From Candidatus Micrarchaeota archaeon (GTDB lineage: Archaea > Micrarchaeota > Micrarchaeia > Anstonellales > Bilamarchaeaceae), in NCBI GenBank assembly GCA_040754495.1, contig JBFMCO010000022.1, forward strand, positions 18,233 through 82,232: a DNA stretch of 64,000 bases, given 5' to 3'. Positions 1 to 10,900 of the stretch are shown in pieces (within the stretch, counting starts at the first letter, position 1; the number at the start of each line of letters is the position of its first letter). The position numbers and the translations under genes were made by a program. The notes beneath the pieces were generated by a model. The model worked only from the letters and a program-made list of their open reading frames with translations, did not search any database and was not told the origin of the DNA.

Positions 1-315
1 AAAGCGTGTATACGGGGAATTTTCAATACGGATGGAAGCATATACAGAAGATACTCCAAAAAATATTCGAATCACTCCGCCTGCTACAGGAACTACGCAG
101 TGATTCAATTCAAGATGGAGAGCAGGAGTATCATTCGCTGGATAAAAACCAGTTTAGAGACGCATGGGATCCGGGTAAATAGAATAATAAAAACCTCGAA
201 TTGCAGGGTAATAAGGATAACCAACCAGGATGGGGTCCGCCGATTTTACAAAGATATAGGGTTTACACACCCCTACCATGAGAGGAGATACCGCAAGATA
301 ACCGGAGTTGGCTGA
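1..315 (+). CDS. LAGLIDADG homing endonuclease, C-terminal fragment (5' end outside window)
   Basis: Frame 1 is open from base 1 and reads KACIRGIFNTDGSIYRRYSKKY... IRGIFNTDGSI is a LAGLIDADG-type second motif. Stop at 313-315. ORF-track entry 100..315 is the tail of this frame. Confidence 0.55.
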   Translation, partial: KACIRGIFNTDGSIYRRYSKKYSNHSACYRNYAVIQFKMESRSIIRWIKTSLETHGIRVNRIIKTSNCRVIRITNQDGVRRFYKDIGFTHPYHERRYRKITGVG

Positions 316-347
316 AGAGCGGACGGCTGTGATTAGACTTTAAAAGG

Positions 348-356
348 GGATGGGCC
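348..356 (+). promoter_or_regulatory. candidate archaeal TATA box upstream of tRNA-Lys
   Basis: CTTTAAAAG centred about 23 nt upstream of tRNA position 1 (375). Spacing is roughly as expected for archaeal promoters. Confidence 0.35.
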
Positions 357-374
357 AAAGATTTATCCGTTTAT

Positions 375-540
375 GGGCCCATAGCTCAGCTTGGTAGGGG
401 GGCCGCTCTTATTATAAGAGAGGCCTCGCCGTAAGCGACGGACTCTTATCTTTTGGAAAGGCACTTACAGCCCGTTTTGGGCCGCCTTTTCCCAAAAGGC
501 GGAAATCCGTGTGTCGAGGGTTCAAATCCCTCTGGGCCCG
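375..540 (+). tRNA. tRNA-Lys(CUU) with two introns (about 398-433 in the D-arm, 449-504 at canonical 37/38)
   Basis: Acceptor GGGCCCA/TGGGCCC. D-arm GCTC-AGCTTGGTA-G[intron]AGC. Anticodon stem ACGGA/TCCGT with loop CUCUUA[intron]A. T-arm GAGGG-TTCAAAT-CCCTC, discriminator G, no encoded CCA. Splice boundaries are ambiguous by 1-2 nt. Confidence 0.75.
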
Positions 541-541
541 T

Positions 542-564
542 CCCCTTTTTTAGTAAAAAAGGGG
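542..564. terminator. perfect 10-bp inverted repeat with T/A runs directly after tRNA-Lys
   Basis: CCCCTTTTTT-AGT-AAAAAAGGGG. T-run on + strand, A-run mirrored. Plausible transcription stop for the tRNA. Confidence 0.45.
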
Positions 565-654
565 CCAAAAAACTAATTGTTTGTCAACCCCCCGTGGTTA
601 CCATTTATCCAAAAAATCCAGCGGATTAAAAACGCGATTAGCGATAAAATATTC

Positions 655-1545
655 ATGTCACAGCCCCTGCAGAAGCCCGCGCAAGAGCACCAGCGCCTCC
701 AGACCACTCCCCGCATCCGCAGGCCTCCTTTCGTGATGTGCAGGGACATCGAGCAGGTGAGGGAGGTGCTGAGGATTTACGGCGCGATGGAGATGCACCT
801 GATGATGTCCGGAATCCTGGAGAACAGGAAGGAGATCGGGAGCCTCATGTATGCTTATGACGAGACTTCGAGGCAGGCGCTCGCGCGCGCCCCGCCGATG
901 GTGGTGAGGGTCCCGCAGGGCCTTCTGGACCAGCTTGCGATAGCCGGGGGCGCGAGCGGTGCCTACGTCCCGGGGACCAATATCGTCCTCGTGTCATCGT
1001 CGCCGGCCCGTTTCCCGGACGGGACGCCGCAGAGGGTGGAGGACATAATAACCCACGAGACTCTCCACTATCTCGACTATCTCCTTCATGCCAATCGCAT
1101 GGCCTTCAGGAGCCGGGGGCGGCTTGTGAATCCGGAGCCGCCGAGATTCTTCGACGAGGGAGCGACCAACTATGCTGCCCTCCAGGTCGTCAGCGGGATG
1201 CATCTGCCCGGAAACCGGGAAGCACCTGCCAACTACGCATATCCGACGGCAGTGATGGTGGCAATCGAGATGCTCGCAGGCATCGAAAGGCTGGCTCCGG
1301 CCATGCAGAGCGGCAACTGGGAGCATGTGCAGCAGGCAATCGACCAGAAGCTCGGCCAGGGCAGCTTCGAGCGGATACTGGATTGCGGCAACGGCGCGGA
1401 AGCCATCGGGCTCATACTGGAACTGGATAACGGCCAGCCCCCCTTTATAGACAGGCAGCTTCTCGAGCGGCATCCGGTCATGAGGAGGGCGAGGCGCGGA
1501 ATCGAGGCCATGAGGCCGCCGTCCATGGCGGGCCAGGAGATATGA
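655..1545 (+). CDS. hypothetical HExxH (zincin-like) protein, first gene of the giant-gene operon
   Basis: ORF 577..1545; the first ATG is at 655 (TTG at 577 is an alternative start). Motif IITHETLHYLDYLLH contains HETLH. Same strand as the two following genes and 71 nt upstream of the next. Confidence 0.6.
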   Translation: MSQPLQKPAQEHQRLQTTPRIRRPPFVMCRDIEQVREVLRIYGAMEMHLMMSGILENRKEIGSLMYAYDETSRQALARAPPMVVRVPQGLLDQLAIAGGASGAYVPGTNIVLVSSSPARFPDGTPQRVEDIITHETLHYLDYLLHANRMAFRSRGRLVNPEPPRFFDEGATNYAALQVVSGMHLPGNREAPANYAYPTAVMVAIEMLAGIERLAPAMQSGNWEHVQQAIDQKLGQGSFERILDCGNGAEAIGLILELDNGQPPFIDRQLLERHPVMRRARRGIEAMRPPSMAGQEI

Positions 1546-1616
1546 ATCGACCGGCGGTTCGCTAGCCATAAAAAGCGTCTCCTGCATATCCATTCGCCGC
1601 TCCGGGTGCGAACTAC

Positions 1617-1946
1617 ATGGCGAAGGAAAAAATCGACTGGTCACAGCCCCCCAACCCGTCACTGCCGTTTATCAGCCCGGAGAACATAGGCGAGGTCGAG
1701 AAGGAGGCGCTGGCGATGGCCAACAAGGCTATTTCTCTCCTTGAGCAGGCGATAGCAGCCTGGGACAACGCTAAGGACAAGCCGCCTGAGCTGAAAGGGA
1801 CGATTCAGAGGTACAGGCGGTTCCACGAGGCGCTGAGCGACTGGGAGAAAAGGATGCTGCAGTCCCTGGGGAAGGCGGATTTCAATGCCCGGGTGAGGAT
1901 GCTCGAGGAGTTCGTGAGGATAAGCAGGGCATACGAGGGTAACTGA
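1617..1946 (+). CDS. small helical hypothetical protein (109 aa), translationally coupled to the giant ORF
   Basis: ORF track. Its TGA stop (1944-1946) shares one base with the ATG (1946-1948) of the giant ORF (TGATG). Confidence 0.55.
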   Translation: MAKEKIDWSQPPNPSLPFISPENIGEVEKEALAMANKAISLLEQAIAAWDNAKDKPPELKGTIQRYRRFHEALSDWEKRMLQSLGKADFNARVRMLEEFVRISRAYEGN

Positions 1947-4900
1947 TGGGCCAGAAACCTGCGGAGAGGCAGCCCGAGGTGCGGGACGAAGGAGTCAGGG
2001 TCGCCCAGCCGCAGGTCCCGATGGTTCCGAGGGAACAGCCGCGCGGCGGCGCGAATGAAGCAGCCGCAAATGCCGCGACCGGCCTCGGCGTTATGGGCAA
2101 GTTCGCCGCGGTTCTCGATTTCATAATAGCAGACCCCAGCAGGGCCGAGGGGAGGCTCGCTGAATTCAGCCGGCGCCTGGAGCCGTACCGGGCGGATTAT
2201 CCCGAGGAGACGCGCATCGCCCTCGGCCTTTTCGGCGCCGCGTCACGAATGTACAGGGAAGCGCAGGACGCGCGGGCCCATGGAGACACGCAGCGCGCGC
2301 AGGAGCTGGAGGATTCCGCGAGGGCCCATTTCAGGGAGGGCATGGCGAAGGCCGGCTCCGTTCCCGGCATGGCGCAGGACATACACAGCCTGGCGGGTGC
2401 GGGAGCGTCGCCGGAATGGATTGAATCGCGCAAGGCGGCTTTCAACGACGTGGGGCTCGGGACGTGGAACAGGGCTATCGCCATCGACCAGGCGGTGGAG
2501 TGGCGGGTGAAGAACGACGCGATAATAGATGCCGGAGGCCCGGCTGCGCGGGAAGCAGAGGCCAGGATGCGCGATGAGGCAGTGAGGCTGGCCGAGGGCT
2601 CGAGGCAGGGCCAGGCCTTCAGCGAGCAGGATTATCAGGACACGATGAGGCGCTTTTCGGAGGCTTCCGCGCCTGTCACCGCCCTCGCAGCGCACATCCA
2701 CGGGGCGGCCGCGCTGTTCCACCAGGCCGCGATGAGGCAGGGCGTAAGCGAGCAGTACACGAAGGCGATGGAGGACCTGAAGAAGGAATTCGACAAGCTG
2801 CTCAAGAAGCTCGAGGAAGGGACCGCGACGAAGGAGGACGTGGAGAAGGCGAAGGAGCTGGCCGATGCAGTGAAGGCCGCTGAAACCGACCTAGAAGGGC
2901 TCTCGGGCGATGATGCAGTTACAGTCAGCGGAATCCATGCCCGCGGGCTCAGCGCCCTCAGGCAGGGGAAGGGAGAGATGGCGAGGGTGCAGCGCCAGCT
3001 CGCAAGGGAATACGCTAAAACGAAGGACCCCGGGATGAGGAAGAAGCTCGAGAGATGGAGCGCTGACCTCGCCAAGGGAAAGGCGCCGGAGGCCGAGTTG
3101 GAGAGGTGGCTGGAAGCGCAGAGGCCGGCGGAGTTCCGTGCGCTGACGACCGAAAACATAAAACGCGAAACCGCAGAAAGGGCGGGCCTGCTGCGGGAGA
3201 AGGGGTACGAGCGCAGCCATCCGCGCGAAACGAAAAGGATAGCTGAGCTGGACCGGGAAGCGGCCAAGGCGCTCGAAGAAGCGAAGGCATTGAGAAAAAG
3301 AGGCGACCTGGACGGCGCGGGGAAGCTCGAGGCGAAAGCGTTCAGGCTGCTTCGGGAGGCGAGGGCGAAAGTCCTCTGGCTCGAGCGGCTCGACAGGTTC
3401 CAGGCAAGGCTGGCCGGCATTAAGGAGCCTCCGGAAATGAAGAAGGCCGCGGAGGAGGTTTCGAAAGCGCTGGGCGGTGCATTCAATTTCATAGGGACGC
3501 AGGACGGGTGGCGGGCGAGGCTGGCATTCATCGCAGCGGACGTGTTCATCCGCTATGGCAAGGTTCTCCAGAGCAAGCCCGCGGCGCCGCTCCTCAAGGG
3601 CATCCTCAGCATCGTGGGCATCCTCTCGGACCCGAGGAAGAAGGTGGACGAGAAGAGGGCGCAGGAGGAGGTCGGAAGGCTGGAGCCGAAGGCGCTCTCT
3701 GCAGAGCTTGGCGGCCTCAAGGGCAAGGTCGATGACAAGGCGCATTCCAAGCTGACGGACGCGGTGAAGGCGGCATCAGGCTTCATAGGCACGAACCAGC
3801 AGTGGAGGGCAGCGTATCTCCTCAGGGGCGTGAAATTCTTCCTTGACAACCGGGAGAAGATTGGCACGCGGGGGAAGCTCTTCGAGGGCATCATGGGATT
3901 CCTCGGCAGGCTCGCCGACCCGAAGGGGGAGATAGGGGAAGAGGAGGCGAAGAGGGAGTTCGCGCGCATCACCGGGATACCTGCGGAAGCGCCGGCGCAG
4001 GCAGGCGGAAGACGGGAGGCGGCACTTACGGTAGCCGGCCTCAAGCAGGCCGGGGAAGGGTTCGAGAAGCGCCTCCGCGCCATACCAGGCCACGAGGAGC
4101 AGGTGCGCTCCATAACCGAAACAGTGAAGCTCGCCGGGGAGGAGTTCAGGGCTGGCAATGTGAAGAAGGCGCAGGAGCTCCTCGCGCTCGCGGAGAAGAA
4201 GGCCGCCGCCCTGGAAGGCGTAGTGGAGAGGGAAAAGAGGATAGACGCCTCAGGCGCGCCCGAGGAGGCGAGGGAGAAGCTGAAGAAGGCCGGCCTCGCG
4301 GCATTCAACGACTTGGGAAAGCAGAGCGGGGGAAGATTCGACACGGTAGTGAAGGCCACGGACCTGTTCCTGGGGGGGATGGAGCGGAAACTCTGGCTCC
4401 AGCCCGGCGGGGAGACGGCGGCCCTGAAGCTGCTCGATTTCATCGGCAGGCTGGGCGAAGGCGCGCTGCAGGGGCTGGAATTCGACTCCCAGGCCGCCGA
4501 ATCCGAGCTGTCTGATATATCGGCGCAGGCCGGGGAACTGTGGAAGGCGATGCTCGGCGCGTCCATCACCGAATGGCTCAGGCTGATAGAGGGATGGCGC
4601 ACGATGGGCGGGCTCGGCACGGCGAACGCGAAATTCCTGGACGACCTGGCAGAAAGCTACAGGGCGCTGCAGAAGCGGCTCGAGGAGGGCGCGAAGGCTG
4701 AGGACATCGAGCAGGAGGCATCGGCCCTCGAGGCGAGGGCGGAGCACGCGAAAAAAATCGGGGAGGAGCTCGAGGAAAGGGAGCGGGCGGTTGCGGTCTT
4801 CAGGGGGGACGTCGAGGACTTCAAGGCTGATACCGCTGCGTTCCGGGCATCCGAGCGGTTCAAAAAATACGCGGCCGATGCCGAGCCGTACGTGAAAAAG

Positions 4901-7900
4901 GCCGAGGAGTGGGAGGAGAAAGCGGCGACGTTCATGGCGGAAGCCGAGAAGCTGGAGGGCGACGCCAAGGCCGAGATGATAAAGAGGGCCGCTGATGCAG
5001 TGAAGCGCTCTGAGGAGCTGCTCGGCCACGCAGGGAAGATAATCGGGCTGCGGGAGGCCGGAGCGTCCGATGAGGTCGTTTCCGCGTACAGGAAGGCGGC
5101 GAATTCGTACATCGCAGTCTTCGAGCCGGCGCCGCCGGGGCTTGCAGGCGAGGCGCAGATATTTCCGGACGACGTTCTCGCCTACGCGGCAATCGTGTTC
5201 TCTGCAGCCGACAGCTACCTGTTCTTCAGGAAGCACGGGAGGGCCGAGGCGGAGAAGCGCGCCGAGAGGCTGGTTCTGGGCACGACCTTCGCCTCCCGCA
5301 TCGCGGATGCAGAAGCCGAGCTCAGGGGGCTGGACGGCGAGATGGAGTATGCCGAGGCTATTGACAGCGACACTGCGGCAAGGAAGCAGAAGCTCATGGA
5401 TTCCGCGACCGAACTCCGTGGCGACAAGAGGAAAGTCCCCAAGCCCCGCGAAGGCAGCGCGGAGTGGTACGGGCAGATGGCCCTCGATGCCTTGGAGCGG
5501 GGGGACTTCGCGGTTGCCGACCTGGCGGTGTATCGCGGCATGTTCGAGAAAGTGGCGCCTGGGGGCGGCAGGAACTACGTCCCGGAAGACATTGAGCGGG
5601 ACATAAGCGCGGTGCTCAGGGGAGAGAAGGTGCCGGCCGCCGGGGAACTGGACAGATACCTGACGCTCATAGATTCTGCTTCGCTGACCGCGCAAGCTGA
5701 CCTGCTGAAAAGGGACAACCCGGTTTCCGGCTCCGCGGAGGAGAGGGAGAGGAAGCAGAGGGTGCACAAGCTCGCTGAAGAAATAAAGAGGAGGGCGGAC
5801 GCGCACGATTTCGCGGGAGCGGAAAGGCTCCTTGAGATGGCGACGGTCTATACCGGCCTCGCAAGGGACAAGAAGTGGAAGGCGTTTGCCGGCGCGGACA
5901 GGATGGAGGCGGCCCTCGATGCCGAGCTTGCGGGCGGCGACCATTCCGGAGAGTTCCAGGCAGCGGTCGTGTACCAGAAGGCGAGCGAGGAGACGGCCTC
6001 GTTCCGCGCCTCGCTCGCGGATTGGGGAGCAGGGCTTGCAGAAAACAAAAAGCTCGTGGAGAGGGGCCTCCTGCGCGTGGAGCAGCTTGTCTCCGAAGGA
6101 AAGACCGAGGAGGCGGGCGCGCTCTTTGGTCAGCTCATGCTCTATGCCGGCGCGGTGAGGACCTTTGCCGCCCCGAAGAAAAGGGATGTGATACCCGGAT
6201 TCGACCCGGCATATGACAGCTCGAAGCTCGGAGGAATGGGCCTCGCGCTCGACGCGCTGATAAAGGGAGAGGCGGAGGTCGGCGGGAAGAAGCCGGAGGA
6301 GGTGTTCTCGCAGAGCTTCTTGGAGACGCAGAGGGAGTATCTCAACAAGAGGGCGGACGCGTATCTCAGGCTTTCAGAGAAAATGCCTGTCGGCGCGGAA
6401 ACGGTCGGGCAGGGGCTTGCCGAGGTACGGAGAAGGGCTGCGGAAGGGGACTTCGAGGGGGCACTGCGCCTGCTTGAGATGGCCGGCAACTACTACGGCG
6501 AGGCAGCCCCCGGCAAGCAGGCCGGGTGGAGATACAGGGATGCGACAAGGAAAGGGCCGGGCTACGAGAGGGGCAGGCAGGACATGCTGAACGCCATAAG
6601 CATGGAGATTGCGGCCAAGGACCCGGCGGACCATGACGAAGCTCTGGAGACGTTCAACAGCGGCAGTCAGAGAATATCTGTTGCAAAGGCCGCCATCGAG
6701 CGCTACGAAATCGTGGAGCGTAATATCTACAACGCCCTTCCGACAGCGGTGATAGACGAATGGGACCACCACGGCACGATTGCGCTGCGGGGGGAACCTA
6801 CACCCGAAAACGAGGAAGGGCCGGTGCTGGGCCGCGTAAGCATGGAAAAGATACGCAGGTACGAGAGCGAGCACCCCGATGATACGGCTCTCGGGGGAGG
6901 TCTGAGTCTCAAGACACTCCTTACGAAAATGAAAAAAGCGGCCGAAGAAGGGGACGACGAGGCATTCAGGAAATACGAGAAGGCGTTCTTCTCAAGGCTA
7001 TACCTGGTCGCTGGACGCATCTTGAGGCGGGAGCAGCTCGAGGAGAACAGGCAGGAGGTAAAAAAGTACATAGAGGTCCTCGAAGGCTTCACGGCGGCCA
7101 TTACAATCGACCAGCTTGTGCCTTACGGATGGCTGGAAGGGGACGATGAAAGGCTGAAGAAGGTCACGGCTCTTGAAAAACAGCTTAAAAATAACGAGAT
7201 AAGCAAGGCGGAGTTCGAGAGCAAGCTGAACGTGATTCTTTCCGAGCGCCTGCAGATGATAGAGCAGAACAAGTTCACGGACAAGGTCCCGGGGCCCATG
7301 AGGGAAACGGTCCGGCAGCTGGCGCCGAGGGCGAAGGCGTTGCTAGAGAGAGCCCGGGGCCTTTATGGCAAGCTCGAAAAGATGGACAACAACAGCAGTG
7401 AATTCCCGCTCGAGGAATACAAGCAGGTCGTAAAGGACTTGAGCGCGCTGACGGAGGAGTACCAGACACAGAGGAAGATTTCGGTCGCCTATTCACATAT
7501 CGACCAGCAGCTCCAGATGAATAAGAGCTACCATGAGGCCATCGCCGGAGAGGGCGCGTTAGCCTCGGATTACCCAGACGCTTATGGGAGGGCGGTCAAG
7601 TTCCTCGGCTTCTCGAACGGACATTTCAAAAAAGCCCAGGAGCTTCTCCTTAAAGGAGAGTTCAAACAGGCAGGCGCGGAGTTCGAGCGCGGTATAAACC
7701 GCCGCGAGTGGGCGCTGATGGAGGCCGACCCGAACGTGCTCTTCGGCCAGGCGAATACCTACCTTGGAAACCTCCCGATAAGCATGCTGACAGGAGTGCC
7801 CATCATCCCGGAATCCACGACAGCGATGGACGAGGTCAGCATGATCAAGCACAGGCCGGGCTGGGGCGTGCTGAAATTAGCCGCAAGGGGGAGGGGGGAG

Positions 7901-10900
7901 GACCCGTACAAGTATACGTACGGGTGGGCCAAGCAGCAGATGGAGAACGACCAGGACGTCAACCTTGGCAATCCGGCGAGGCCGGACTATGTGAAAGACC
8001 CCCAGCAGAGCTGGGCTTACTATAATTACAGCCCCATCACCGAGTACGGCGCCGACTTCATGGGCTACGAGGAGCTTGGAGGGCGGCTATGGAACTCGGT
8101 CCTTGAGGGAGATGGCAGGAAAGTCCAAAGATACCAGAAGCAGATGCTGGTGATGGAAGCCTCGGTTTTCTATATCCCGGTAGATACCTTCATAGACGGG
8201 ATAAACTCCAAGATTACATACAAGGACTGGCAAAAGAGGATACACTTCCAAGCCATGTATAACGGCGACCTCGCGTATGATGAGCTGTTTGGCGACTGGG
8301 GGCTCATGGACGCGAGGACCGGGGCCAAAATCGCAGAAGGCGTCGGGATGTTTGCGCTCTCCATCGCCACGATGGGCCTCGGGAGCGTTGGTTTCGTCGT
8401 GGGCGGGGGGAAGATGCTATGGGATGCCATAGACGGGATACAGAAGGACCTCGCCAAGTACGGCGAGGTAACCACCATGTCCTGGGTCAACCTCGGCCTC
8501 ACGGTCGTGGGACTCGGAGCGAGCGCAGCAGCAGGCAGGCTGGTGAAGGCGTCCCAGACGGCGATTGAAGCCGCAAAGCTTGGCGATGCTGCTAAATTCA
8601 CCACGCAGGTGGCGCGCGCCGGGAGGTTCGCGACCGCGGCGAGGGTCGTCGCCTACACCGATATAACCGTCAACGTAATCGGCATGGTGCCGCAGTTCTA
8701 TTACGGAATCAAGCTCATGGCGGAAGGGAAATACGCCGAAGGCACGCAACAGCTCGCTTTCGGCGCATTCTCGGCCTTCATGGCGTACCATGGCGGTGTG
8801 CAGCAGCTACGCGGCATGAGGGGCCTGAAGACGGAAATCGCGAAGATGGGGGCGCTGAGAGAGGCGCATGCCAAGGCCCCAGAGGTCTTTGCAAGCCTCT
8901 CTACTCCGGAGGGGATGTTCTCGTTCCTGCAGCGCGTCCGGGCGAGGGACCCGGTCTCGCTCGTCATCTATGACAACCTGCCGAAGCCCCAGCGCATACT
9001 TTTCGACGGGATGCTCGCTGACCGGAACGTCGTTTCCGCGCTCAAGAAAAACGATATCGGCTTGGCTAGGGGCGCCTTCGACAGCGGGCTCGAAACATTT
9101 AAGCAGCTATCCGACCTTGGCGGAACAAGGGCGCTCACGGACGCGGCGCATCTTGGCACGCAGGCCGGCCTCGAGCCGTTCATGAGAGACCTCCTGATAC
9201 CTGAAAGCGCGACCGGCCCGCAGCGCACGCGGAGGGACGCGGCGTATGCGAGGCTGGGGGAGATGAAGAAGCGGCCCGAGACCGCAGAGGCCGCGGCCAC
9301 CATAGAGACGCTGCTCAAGGACAAGGACGTGCAGAAAGGGAACGAAACAGGGGTTCTGAAGATAGGGTGGGCTGCCGACGAGATACGGAGCCAGCAGATG
9401 CAGACGATTAACAGATATACCGATTCAGTCGTGAGCGGCGAGCAGGCCCGCCTCGGATTATATTCGAGCGAAGGCGAAGCCGCGCGCGCGAACGCGAAAA
9501 GGATAGGGGATTCCTACCTTGCATATGCCAGGGCGAGGAGCGAGGGGAAGCCGTTCGACTGGGATTATCACGCAAAACGGATGGGCATGGGGCCGGAGGA
9601 TGCCAAAAAGCTGTTTGCGAAGCTGGATGCCGTGCCGGACGCGAGGACGGTAGCGGGAGTGATATCCAGGGAGGGCGTCCGCCAGGCAGTCCGGAATAGG
9701 GTGGCCCTTGACGGGCGCGCGATACTCGGGGACACGCCGCTTACCGAGCTCGCCGGCGAAGGGGCGCTGTTCTCAAGGTGGGGCGAACTCACCCCTGAAG
9801 ACCTTTTCGGCATGGCGCTAAACAGGAGGGAGAGGGCTGCAGAGGAACTCGAAGGGGCGGGCAGGGAAACGGATGGGAGGCTGGCCGCGGCAAAGAGGGA
9901 ACGGGCGACCGCCCTCTCGCGCGAGGCCGATGCCCTAGATGCAGAGGTAAAAAGGCGGCAGGCGCCCGAGGAGGTATTGACGCCCGATTCACTCCGCAGC
10001 GGCGCAAAGGAGAAGTTCGGGCGGGCCCAGCGCCTGCGCAGCGAGGGAAGGGACGAGGAGGCATTCGCGCTTGAGAGCGAAGCGAGGCGGAGCATAGCGC
10101 TCGCGGCAGACCTGGAGAAGTTCGGCGAATACGGCATCGTCCGTGCGACCCCGGACGGGCAGTTCATACACAGGGATTTCCCTGACAGGAGATTCACAAG
10201 GGCGGAGCTGGATGACGCTGCCATACTCGTGAGGGCCATCAGGAAGAGGGGCGTCCCGACCGACAAGCGCCTTCTGGCCATATACGACGCGCTGCCGAAA
10301 GAGGTCAAGAAGGATTACCGGGGCGGCGAGGACGCCCTGATGAAGTCCGTGCTCGATGTAATCTATTCACGGAGGGGGCAGGCGGCCGAGGCGGCGGCTC
10401 CGGTGCTCCGCTCCGAGGAGCTGCCGGTCCCCTCAGACCCGGCCCTTGCCGCAGTGGCCGGCATGACGGTGCCCGGGACGAACCTCAGGTGGGGAGTGAT
10501 ACCTCCGGACCAGGTGCTTCAGTGGCAGGCGAAGGTCTATGAGGCTTACAAGGCCGCGTACGGGAAAATCGGCCTCATCTACGACAGCCCGGAGGCGATG
10601 TTCGCGAAGAACCCAGAAGTCCTGGTCGCGACGGACGGCGAGGGGAGGATTGTCGCATTCACGATTCTGAAAAAGACCGCTTTCGGGACGAAGCTGTCCC
10701 TTGTCGGGGCGGTGCCTGACATCCCCGAGGGAAGGGCTGCCGCAAGGGCAATGATACAGGGCTTTCCAGCTCTCGAGGGTGCCTATATCACGGCACCGGG
10801 TGCTCCTGCGCATCTTGCAATCAAGGCCGGAGTGCCGGTCGTCCCTTACGATTCGGCAAGAATCATCCAGGGCGAGGTTCCGGCCGAGGCCGGAAGCCCG

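Noticed and set aside
404-424. Hairpin CTCTTATTATAAGAG read as an anticodon arm (UAU, tRNA-Ile)
   Set aside because: It is a perfect palindrome flanked by GGCC/GGCC inside the D-arm intron. A consistent cloverleaf is obtained only with ACGGA-CUCUUA...A-TCCGT (anticodon CUU).
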